From Heterodontus francisci (taxonomy: Eukaryota): a DNA stretch of 64,000 nucleotides. The notes under the pieces are model-generated. The model was not told the origin of the DNA. It made no database searches and worked only from the letters and a program-made list of their open reading frames with translations. The stretch is from NCBI RefSeq assembly GCF_036365525.1, contig NC_090380.1, positions 79,485,784 to 79,549,783 of the forward strand, written 5' to 3'. Shown piece by piece: positions 53,841 through 64,000 of this stretch; the first letter of the stretch is position 1, and every line of letters starts with the position of its first letter. Both the position numbers and the translations under genes were made by a program.

Positions 53841-54551
53841 GGCCGGAATTTTACGCTGGGTGGACGGGAGCCGGGCTCCGACGTAAATGTCGGTTCCGAA
53901 CCCGCTTCCGCCCAGCCTGGGGATCCGTGCTGCATTTTATGGATCCCTAGGCTTTAATTGGCCCGAGGCGGGACTTCCACCCACTTGAGGGAGGAGGTCC
54001 TGCCTCAGTGAGTTGTCAGCCAATCAGCGGGTCTGCAACCTTAGTCTCAGCAGCGCCACTGGGAGCGGTGGCCACTGCTGGGACTGCATCCCAGCCGACT
54101 GAGGAGGATACCAAGGAGCCGGGACTGAAGGTAAGTTTGGGTTGCTTCACCACGGGAATCGTTTGTGCCCTAGTGAGGCTAGGGTGGTCGTTTGGGGGGA
54201 GGGGGCATCTTGGATCCCGGGGTTGGGTTGGGAGGCAAGGGCGGCTCTCAATCAGGACCCCCCCGGGGTGCAGAAAGGCTGGCAGCTATAGCTGGGCGGC
54301 CTTTCACGTCCCCAGCACACCCGCTTGCCACGGGTAAAATACCCGTGGAGGCGGGCGAGGGCCCTTAAGTGGCCACTTAAGGGTCTTGATTGGCCTTCGG
54401 CGGGTGGGCCACTTCTCACCCCCCCACCGGACCTCCTTAAACTTGGTTGGAGGCGGAATCAGGGCGGTTAGGCCTCCCGGAGCCTGCCGCTCCATTTTAC
54501 GCCACCCCCATGCCACCATCCGACCCGCTGGGGCGGCATAAAATTCCAGCC
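53841..54551. mobile_element. GC-rich MITE
   Basis: TIR GGCCGGAATTTT...AAAATTCCAGCC with TSD ATG (53838-53840 / 54552-54554). Removing it restores the L2 sequence cacaaccATGgtgtcatatttgac. Confidence 0.85.
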
Positions 54552-55151
54552 ATGGTGTCATATTTGACAATAAGATGAGCTCCTGACCACATTTCTGTGC
54601 CATCACTAAGACCGTCTATTTCCACTTCCATAACAGTGCCCAGCGTCTCCCTGTCTCAGCTCATCTGCTGCTCAATCCCTCATCTATACAATTATCTCTA
54701 GACATGACTATTCCAATGAACTCCTTGCTAGCCTCCAATAAACTCTGTAAACTTGAGGTCACTAAAATTCTGCTCCGTGTCCTAACTTAAACCAAGTCCC
54801 GTTCACCTATCACCCCTCGGCTCGCTGACCTATGCTGACTCCTGGTTAAGCAACACCTCAATTTTAAAATTCTCATCATTGTTTTCAAATCCCTTAACGG
54901 CCTCACCCCTCCCCATCACTGTAACCAATTCTTGCGAAACCCCAATTGTTATTGCTCTACTAATGGTGGCTGTGCCTTCAGCTGCCTAGGCCTTAATCTC
55001 TGGAATTCCCTTCCTAAATCTCTCCACCTCTCTATCCTTCTTTAAGATGCTCCTTAAAACCTTACTCATTGACCAAGCTTTTCTCCATCTCCCCTGTTTT
55101 TTTTTGGCTCGGTATCAAATTTTGATTGATCATGCTCCTGCGTAGTTCTTG

Positions 55152-56184
55152 TGTTATGAAAGTGCCTCTGTGTTTTGTTAAATATATTTTTTGAGTATTC
55201 ATTTTTGAAAGAGTGAAGAAATGTTGAACTTTGGGGTTTTCAAAGGGGTCATGTAAAGACCACTTAACTTTGAAAAACAGCCCCGGAAATATTTTTTAAA
55301 AGGGTTACTGAGAGATCTTGAGGAAAACAATTCTTTCTGGGAAACCACTTGACTTCCAGCAACAACAAGCCTTTCCGAAAAACCACTTGACTTCCAGCTC
55401 AATAAACAACAGAGAACTTTGGACACCTGGTGAAGTTGTTTATAAATAAGTGACAGGTCAAGATTGATGGCGGTCAAAAGGTTGACCGCCTGTTGGCGGT
55501 TTTGCTTTTGAATTGTTTTGAGCTGGGGTTGAACTGTATAAAAAGGGAGAGAACTTCCAAGGAGAGACGAGAATTCCCAAGGAAGGAGAGAAGACCCACA
55601 ACCCAGCTCAGCTTTCCAGCACCTCTCTAAAAGACCCCGAGAAGTCCACTGTGTCAACGCACCTCGTCTCCAGTCTTTGAAGAAAAGTCTGCTAAATTAA
55701 TTCTCAACGCCGCCTTAAAAGTACTGTTCTAAAAGATCCCATTGACCTGTCTATGTGTACTCAGAGGCCGGACTGTATGTAGTTTTGAAACACAACATAT
55801 CTCATCTGCCGTTTCTTCAAGAATGAGCAAGTATTCAGCCCAAGTGTTTTTTGTCTGTGATAGAGCTCTAAAAACCAAATTGCCTTTATTTTTCCAGTCA
55901 ACCGTTATCTGTGTGAGTGTGAGTGGCCAAGGTAAAAAGGAAACTTTAGTATTTCAATCTGTGTGTTTTCGCTTTATTTCATTACTGGTTAAGACTTGTT
56001 TTATAATAAACTGATAATTTTGTTGTTTATTAACAAAACCTAGTTAGTGTGTTTTATTCTGGGATAAAAATAGAGTTTCTGCTTGACTGTATCGGTAGGT
56101 GGAAAAAAATTTAAATATATGTTGTGACCCGTGGAGAAGTGGAACTAGAATAAATAGTCCACTCCTCCCACCTCGGTTGTAACA
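55152..56184 (+). mobile_element. Solo LTR (~1.03 kb)
   Basis: TGTTAT...GTAACA termini, TSD CTTG/CTTA, TATA-like gtataaaaa (~55537), AATAAA (~56005). 3' end homologous to 4580-4650 (reverse complement). Confidence 0.85.
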
Positions 56185-57525
56185 CTTAGAACATTTTAAT
56201 ATGCTAAAGGTGCTAGAAAAATATAAGTAGTGTTGTTATAGTGGCAGCACCTACCACAGCAAGGAAATAAATATTGGAAGTCTTTAAGGCTCAGTACACA
56301 AGCATGTGGAGGTAAACATGATATTTGATGATTTGACTCTACTCATGATGCTTAATCACGACATTTGATCACAAGCTTTGCCCACTGTTTGCAGATGTTG
56401 TTGCATTCAGCATACCATCGCCAAATCCCAAATATTTGACTGTTTTTTAGTGAGATGAATAACGATTTATAAATCAAAGAAAGATTTAAGTATAAGTAAG
56501 GTTTTGTACTGTTTGATTTTAGTTCAGGACTTACAGAAGGTCTTGTTTTTCTTAATGAGAATGAGTACTTCAGGCATTGAAGTCTGAACTGGTTCACACT
56601 CTTACAAAAGCTTAAGTGTTGGATCATCCCTCACTGGGATCATGTGATCTACATGAGCACTTCTCGCTTTTCCACCAATTTCAAAGTATTGCTTAGTACC
56701 ACAAACATTTCCCACATTCCACTTGTGTTACTTGTTCATTTCTCCTGATAACACGTTCTCGTTTGTTTGGATCATACTGACATTTCTGACTGAACTGTTT
56801 TTGTTCAACTTTTGCAGTCAAATTTGGATGAACTAAACTCAAACGTGTTCTTAATATTCGCTTCATTAAGAGCTCAGCCGATGTATACTGTGTAGAGTGT
56901 GGAGTTGTTCTGTATTTCAGCAGGAAATTAGCTAATCTCTGTTTTATGCTGAAACTTGAACATCCATGCAGCACTTACTTCGAGTGCTTCTTTGACTGTT
57001 CTCACTGATCTTTCTGCTGTTCTATTTGATGCCGAATGATATGGAGGAGCAAGGGTATATTTGATACCATTTTGCTTTATGAAATTCTGAAACAGAGTAG
57101 AACAAAACTGGGGCTGTTACGAGACGAGCTCCTTTGGTAAACCATGACGAGCAAAAATGGACTGGAACTCATCTATTGTCTTTCAGAATTTATGTTTTGA
57201 CCCATATGCTTTACTTTGATCCACTTAGAGTGACTGTCAATAAGCACCAAGAAATTCGCACTTTCCCTTTTGCAAAAGTCTACATACACTTTTTGAAATC
57301 TTCGGATTGCCCATGACTATGGTTGTAGAGGAGTTTCTGATGGCTTATTCCTGCAGTTTTGACAAATGGTACATTTTCCAACCAGTGATTCCGGATCGCC
57401 GTCTAGACCAGGCCAATAAACAAATCTTCTGGCTATGGATTTCATGCTAACTAAGCCCATGTGTTCAGTATGAAGTTCTGCCAGAATCTTGTTTCTTAAA
57501 GAACTAGGTACTAGCACTCTGTGAC

Positions 57526-58549
57526 AAAAGTCCGAGTGTATCAAGCCTCTGTCCTCAGTACCTTGCTCTACGGCAGTGAGGCCTGGACAATGTATGTCAG
57601 CCAAGAGCGACGTCTCAATTCATTCCATCTTTGCTGCCTCCAGAGAATCCTTGGCATCAGGTGGCAGGACCGTATCTCCAACACAGAAGTCCTCGAGGCG
57701 GCCAACATCCCCAGCATATACACCCTACTGAGCCAGCGGCGCTTGAGATGGCTTGGCCATGTGAGCCGCATGGAAGATGGCAGGATCCCCCAAGGACACA
57801 TTGTACAGCGAGCTCTTCACTGGTATCAGACCCACCGGCCGTCCATGTCTCCGCTTTAAAGACATCTGAAAACGCGACATGAAGTCCTGTGACATTGATT
57901 GCAAGTCGTGGGAGTTAGTTGCCAGCGATCGCCAGAGCTGGCGGGCAGCCATAAAGGCGGGGCTAAATTGTGGCAAGTTGAAGAGGCTTAGCAGTGAAGA
58001 GACTTGTGGGTGGCACAGTGGTTAGCACCGCAGCCTCACAGCTCCAGCGACCTGGGTTCAATTCTGGGTACTGCCTGTGCGGAGTTTGCAAGTTCTCCCT
58101 ATGTCTGCGTGGGTTTTCGCCTGGTGCTCCGGTTTCCTCCCACAGCCAAAGACTTGCAGGTTGATAGGTAAATTGGTCATTATAAATTGCCTCTAGTGTA
58201 GGTAGGTGGTAGGGGAATACAGGGACAGGTGGGGATATGGGATTAGTGTAGGATTAGTATAAATGGGTGGTTGATGGTCGGCACAGACTCGGTGGGCCGA
58301 AGGGCCTGTTTCAGTGCTGTATCTCTAAATAAAGTTTTAAAAAGCAGTTGGCAGGAAAAAAGACAGAAGCACAAGGGGCGAGCCAACTGTGTAACAGCCC
58401 CGACAACCAATTTTATCTGTAGCACCTATGGAAGAATCTGTCACTCTAGAATTGGCCTTTATAGCCACTCCAGGCACTGCTTCACAAACCACTGACCACT
58501 TCCAGGCGCTTACCCATTGTCTCTTGAGACAAGGAGGCCAAAGAAGAAG
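57526..58549 (+). mobile_element. 5'-truncated RTE LINE (same family as 19643-21474) inserted in Gypsy integrase
   Basis: TKVRVYQASVLSTLLYGSEAW..RLRWLGHVSRMEDGRIP; tail ggccaaagaagaag; 20-bp TSD AGGTACTAGCA(C/T)TCTGTGAC (57506-57525 / 58550-58569). Confidence 0.9.
58008..58342 (+). mobile_element. HE1-type V-SINE inside the RTE
   Basis: tRNA head, V-domain and tail as at 14045-14398; AGCAGT on both sides. Confidence 0.85.
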
Positions 58550-59350
58550 AGGTACTAGCATTCTGTGACCCCACTTAATGCATACCTGTTCACGTGCCAT
58601 TTCATTACATTGATTGTGGAACGATTTCAGCTCCCTGTCTGTAAACAGGTCAAAGTCTGTTCATAGACCTTTTTTAAAACTAGGTCTTTGAGTTTCAGTT
58701 GCAATGATTGGAAAGTCCTCATTCACAACTCCTGTTGTGAAGATTGCACCTTCATAGTCTACTTTCGAGTCTTTATGCAGCAAACGCAACAGTGCGTCAA
58801 CTACAGCATTCTCCTTTGAACTACAATATTCAATGTTGTAGTTGTATTATGAGAGAAGTAAGCCTACTGCTGCACCCTTGACGCTGCCACTGTCAGTATT
58901 GCAGAATTCAGCCAAAATATTTACTAAGGATTTATGATCTGTTACTGGTGTAAAGTTTCTACCCAACAAAAACTGGTGAAACATTTTGATTCCAAAGGTT
59001 TCCTTTTCTATCTGTGCATAGTTGTGTTCACACGTGGCCAGGATACGTAATGAGAATGCTTCTCTTGGCCATCATCCATGACATGAGTGATCACTGCTTC
59101 AACGCCATAGTTTGAAGCATCACATGCTAGCTTCAAGTCACAATTTGTGTCGTAATGAATGAGTTGTGCATCACTGGTCAAGCTTCTCTTACTTGTGACT
59201 CTGCATCATAAGCATCTAGTTGTGCTGTAGACCATTCCCATTTTACATCTTTCTTCAATAACTCATGTAGTGAAGCTAACACCGATACAAGTTCTGGCAC
59301 AAATCGTACTACTGAACCATTCGTAGAAACAATCTAAGCTCAGACACATC

Positions 59351-60084
59351 AGGCTGAATTTTATGGCTCCACCAGATGGGTTGAGGCAGGGAGCCCACAG
59401 AATTGTGATGGGCGGTGGGGATGGAGGGCCTGTTATGTCCCCGTTGCCATGCAATATTGTCAAGGGCGGGATAGGCCAATGACAGCCTTCCCACCCAGAG
59501 GCCAATTGAAGCCCTTAAAGGGCCTATTAACAGCCACTTAAGGGCCTCTTCCTGTCGTTACTGGGATTTAACCAGTGGGGGGGGGGACCCTCAACAGATG
59601 GAGAGTTCGCCCAATAAAATGAGGTGACCACCTTGTGGGGTTGGAGGGGGGGGCTTCCTCTGTGGGCAAGCTGTGGCCCACGGAGGGCCCCCACTAACAA
59701 ACAAAACACCTCCCTGTATCTACCTCCCCCCACCCCAACCCAACCATCGCCGGGGCCTTCAAGACTGACTCCAGCAACCTTGCCTCACTCATCTTGGGTC
59801 CGGGTTCCAGCGTTGGGTCTGCTTCCAAGGCCTCCTGCAGTACCAGCAATGGCAACTGTTCCCAGCTGGGCTGCCAATACTACTGAGCTTCCAGCCCTGT
59901 GATTGGCTGGCAGCTCTTGAAGGTGGAATTCCCATCTTTAAAGAATGGGATCCCAGCACTGGGCTGCTAATCGGCCCAACGCCATACCATTGTGTCTGGG
60001 TGGGGTGGGTTCCAAATGGCCGAGGTTCCATATGCTTTTTTGCTCTGGTGCAGGGAGCCCCACCACGGGCACAAAAGTAAGCCC
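59351..60084. mobile_element. Diverged GC-rich MITE inside Gypsy pol
   Basis: GGCTGAATTTT...AAAAGTAAGCCC termini and shared internal cccttaa..ttaaggg motif. Gypsy frame NALMPK|DVSELR resumes across it. Confidence 0.7.
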
Positions 60085-60746
60085 CTTTTGGCATTAGGGC
60101 ATTGACTATTGCCTCGATCTTCTCACTAGCTGTAGTCCTTTTCCATTCATTTTCTTGTCAAGGCACACTAGCTCAGATTACATAAAAACATACTTTCTCA
60201 TTTTTAACTTCACATTGTAATCAGTGAGCCTTTTTAACACTTCATCCAACACTTGAAGATTCTCTTCCTCTGTTGTGGTTGCAATCAACCCATCATCCCA
60301 ATTACACAAGCAATGCGGCACTCTTTACAAAATCCTATCCATTGTAGTTTGTAAGATTTTTGGAGAAGACTTCAAACCATAGGGCAGCTTTGTATAGATG
60401 TATAACCCCAAGCGTGTGTTTGTGAAATACTGTTGATTCTCTTGATCCACTTTGAGCTGTGCATAAGCATGGGACAAATTCAAATTTGTGAATAGCTTGG
60501 AGCCCGTTAACTCCGCATACAAATCTTAAGAGGCTGGTAGTGGATACTGCTCATCAGCCACTGCCTGGTTGATTGTGACTTTGTAGTTCCCCACATAGGC
60601 TTAGGTTTTTGTCTGCCTTGGGGACTATTAGAATTGGGTTGCCCAATTACTGTGGTCAGTTTTCACTAGCAAACAATTCCTCTCTAGCTTCTTTAGTTCT
60701 TCTAACCTGGGTTTTGAGAGCATAAGGAACCGGCTTAGCTTTACAA

Positions 60747-60845
60747 TAAAAACAGAAAATGCTGGAAATAATCAGCAGGTCCAGCAGCATATGTGGACAG
60801 AGAAACAGAGCCAACGTTTCAGGTCGATGACGCTACATCAGAACC
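60747..60845 (-). mobile_element. Penelope-type mini-element inside Gypsy
   Basis: aaaaacagaaaatgctggaaat..cagcaggtc..aacgtttcaggtcgatgac..catcagaac. Confidence 0.7.
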
Positions 60846-63800
60846 GTAAATTTGCTATCTACTGGTTTTGCATCAGGCTTAATTCAGATGTGCGCTTTCA
60901 CACCGATTATACCTTCATAGCTATCCTTGAAAATGTTCCTACAACTATGCAATAGCTGATCAAGCTTTTTGGTTGTCTCAACTTGGAAAACCTGCTTCCA
61001 GTCTAACTTCAGCTTACAAAGCTATCTACAACAATGGGAACTTTGAGGGGCTCGCCTTTAGCTTGGACTTTGTACTCCATTTGTCCACATCTTTCTAACA
61101 CCTCACCAGAGTAGGTTTTCTACTGAGCTGTGCTCTCACTTAGTGGTATACCACTGAATTTGCTCTCGTCTGTGTCTCTACTCATAATGGAGCAATCTGC
61201 AGCCGCATGTTGATGCACTGTTGATCTACCAACATCTTTATACAAACATCTCTGTCATTTGAGTAATTGCCAGTGGCATAAATGCTGTATAACCCTAGCA
61301 CCTCTTTGCTTAAACACTCTGGATTTACTTCAAGATTGTAAATTCCACCCTTGCTACGTTGCTGCTTTCCATTAGTACCAGAAAGAGTTCTCTTCCCTGC
61401 TTTGGTCTTTGCTCGGCAAGCAGTTGCAATATGGCCTATCTTTTGGCAATTAAAGCATTTGGCATTTCTGTACTGACATGCCTGTGTCCTGTGGTTGCCA
61501 TTACAGCGATAATGAATCACTAAACTTTTATCAACAGCATTCTTCTGATCAGGTCTCCCTGCTTTAGCTTTGGCAGAAGTCTTAACAGTGGTGGGAAGCT
61601 GTACTAGTCACTTGCATTGGAAGAAATTCCTGAGCATTCTTTGATGTTATCTCCATGGTAGAAGCAATCTCACCCGCTAACTCAAACATAAGATTTTGTG
61701 TGTTTAGTAACTTTGACTGGATTCTTTCATCCACCAATCCACACACAAATCTGTCTCTTAATGCACGGTTTCAGAACGTACCAAAGTTGCAACATAATGA
61801 TAAATTCTTCAGCGCCACAATGTACCTGCCAACTGTTTTGCTATTTCTCTGGTTTCTGGTTCCAAATTTGTAGCTTTCTGCTATTTCTAGTGGTTTAGGA
61901 TTTTAATGTTTGGCACATCTTTTGCCTTGTTAGGAGCATGAAGGTTTGTTAGCCTGCCATTCACTTCCGGGCCAATCTCTTAGCAAAATTGCTTCCTTGC
62001 ATTCAAGAATTACCTTATTCTGAGTCTGGGCCTCTTCCCTGTCACCTTTGAGTTCTATTATTAGCTCTGAAGAACATGTCCATTTTTTCAATATATGAAC
62101 AGAATGGTTCTCATGCTCTATCATACATTCCTAGCCTTCCAATATGTCTCGTGGGTGCAGCCATTTTATTCCAGTAAACACTTTACTATGGCTGTCTGTA
62201 ACAGTGATGCAAAAGCTAATTCAGCCTAATCAGAACAAATTCACCAAAGCCAGTGTAGTTGGTAGTTGAATCGATTGGACATTAGGACCCTGCAGAATCT
62301 ATTCAACTGAGTGTAGCCACGCATTTTTAGTAACAATGAGGCTCAACACAATCTAGTGAAAATCATCCTAGCAGGTAGGCCACTGGGAGCTAGTGCATTT
62401 TGTTGAGCACTGTCTCTACTTACATTTGCTGCAAAAATGCTTACACTTAATCCCATTTTGTTGCCAAAATGGGAGGAACTTGTGAAGAAAGATAGATACC
62501 AAGATGGCCAGATCACATTTCTAATGGCATTCTCACGCACTGGGCATGCTCATAACATAGGAATACATTACACACACTATTGCAGCCTCTGTGCACAGCT
62601 CAGTTCATGAACATACGGTTCATAAGTGTGCCAAGAAACGTTTGTCTCAAGCTGCCAGCAGTACTGCTCAGGAGACCAAGTGCCTACTCCAATAGGTTCC
62701 TTCCCAAAGCAAGAGAATTAGGGATCCTGCACTTGAGTGCCACATTTGTTTCCAGCTTTTCCTTATTGCAGCTAAGTGTCCCTTCAAATACTGCTGCGAA
62801 TGGCACCTTCTGACCTATGTCACCAATAGTTTGTGGGTGAGTAAAGGAACTGTCAAAAGTAATGAGGGTAGAAACAAAGATGACACTTGGGTCTTAATTA
62901 ATTTGACACCTATTTACCTATATTAATTAGGGCCTTGCCTATTTCAAGGGTCCTTTGACCATCTAAATCGAGGTTTACCCAAAACTTAGAACAGCTGGGC
63001 AGTTAGTGGTATAGTTGTGGGTTAATCCTCCACCTGATTTTGGTCTCACAGCCATCTCCTTTTTAGGTGTAAATCACCCCTTATATTCCAATGTTATCAG
63101 TTAGTTATAGTACCAGGGATATGATTTATTCCATGTGTAAAAGAAAAATATTTTTTAAGCTATCATCAATGTCTTTAGTTTGTAAGAGGCATCTTCCAAA
63201 CATGATGTCCAGTTTCCTAAGATTAAAAGTTGTTTTCCTAATCTTACCAGAATCAGTCTCCAGCTAAATCAGACAAGAATCACAGAATAAAAATATTTGA
63301 AGCAATCTAGACTACAGTAAAGAAACAAGTATTTATGTTGCATTTCAGGATTCAAAACAAATGGTTTGCATTCTTTTGATTAGAAAGCACAAGACAGGTG
63401 CAATGTTAAATAAGGAAATAATATTCTCAATTCTAGATTGGTTATTGATTAAGGTATTAAAACTTATTTTAAAACTTTAATTCATTGTGTCTAGATTGCT
63501 CTAAGCAAATCCCACTACCCTGTTCTTGTATCTTCCTCAAATTTTTATAAAAAAATTTCCCTTATATCAAATGGCCTCTGTTTCAACTAATCCCTATGTC
63601 AAAGCAATCCCCATCCTCCTGTCTACAGCAATTTCTCTTAGCTTTTTTAATGCTAAATTTTACTTGATGGCCTCTCATCACTGATTCACCAAAGAAAATA
63701 GCCTTTCCCTATTCACTCTATCAAAACTCCACTGCTCCAATAACATGTTTGATTGACATAGGGGAGCATCTCCTACCCTTGTAACAAATCTATCTCCCAC

Positions 63801-64000
63801 ATGAGTTATTCTGAATGATACTGGCAGTTTGGTATTAATTAGTGTTAAACCACCAGTAATTGCTTGATCTGGACTTGCATCACTAAGTGACTTGAGGCTG
63901 ACCAAACTGATTTCTAGAGAAAAAAAAAAGCTAGAGAACAGGCTATCCTAGACTGGGTATTGTGCAATGAGAAAGGATTAATTAACAATCTTGTGCGGGG

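Larger units (their letters stand above)
53530..56240 (+). mobile_element. L2 LINE 3' part with nested MITE and solo LTR
   Basis: WISRNFLQLNIGKTKAIVFGP, FKILI..LWNSLP; the tail resumes after the LTR (aaaggtgctagaaaaatataagtagtgttg). Confidence 0.8.
56640..62170 (-). mobile_element. Decayed Ty3/Gypsy retrotransposon (gag-pro-RT-RNaseH-IN) with nested insertions
   Basis: Zn knuckle CFNCQKIGHIATAC; RT LFTNLNLSHAYAQL..YTKLPYGLKSSP; RNase H LACDASNYGV; integrase LHTEHMG..YWPGLD..CTICQ and FLLKYRTTPHST. Domain order is Gypsy-type. Confidence 0.88.

Noticed and set aside
63251-63310. Possible CD247 ITAM exon after atcttaccag
   Set aside because: The phase-0 frame (NQSPAKSDKNHRIKIFEAI*) has no x-L completing YQxL, no second YxxL, and hits a stop before any donor.

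Overview
Repeat-rich vertebrate genomic DNA. The SINE and LINE families present (HE1-type V-SINE, SacSINE1-type Deu-SINE, CR1, L2) point to a cartilaginous fish, probably a shark. The only host gene supported is CD247 (CD3-zeta) on the + strand: a 104-bp transmembrane exon (48950-49053) and a 69-bp exon ending in the first ITAM tyrosine (51321-51389). I could not find the leader exon or the later ITAM exons, so the window is probably mostly a very large intron 1 plus introns 2 and 3. The rest is nested mobile DNA: CR1, L2 and RTE LINEs, SINEs, three solo LTRs, two decayed Gypsy elements and GC-rich MITEs. Highlights: (i) an RBMX/hnRNP-G retrocopy that replaces the RT-RNaseH-integrase core inside a Gypsy element; (ii) six copies of a 100-240 bp Penelope-type mini-element with a hammerhead-ribozyme-like core, several with long TSDs; (iii) an apparently ORF1-less LINE with a tRNA-like Pol III head; (iv) ETS-RUNX/TCF/CRE motif clusters in repeat-free intronic islands. 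Repeat family names come from motif recognition, not database searches. Coordinates of decayed repeats are approximate unless a TSD is quoted.
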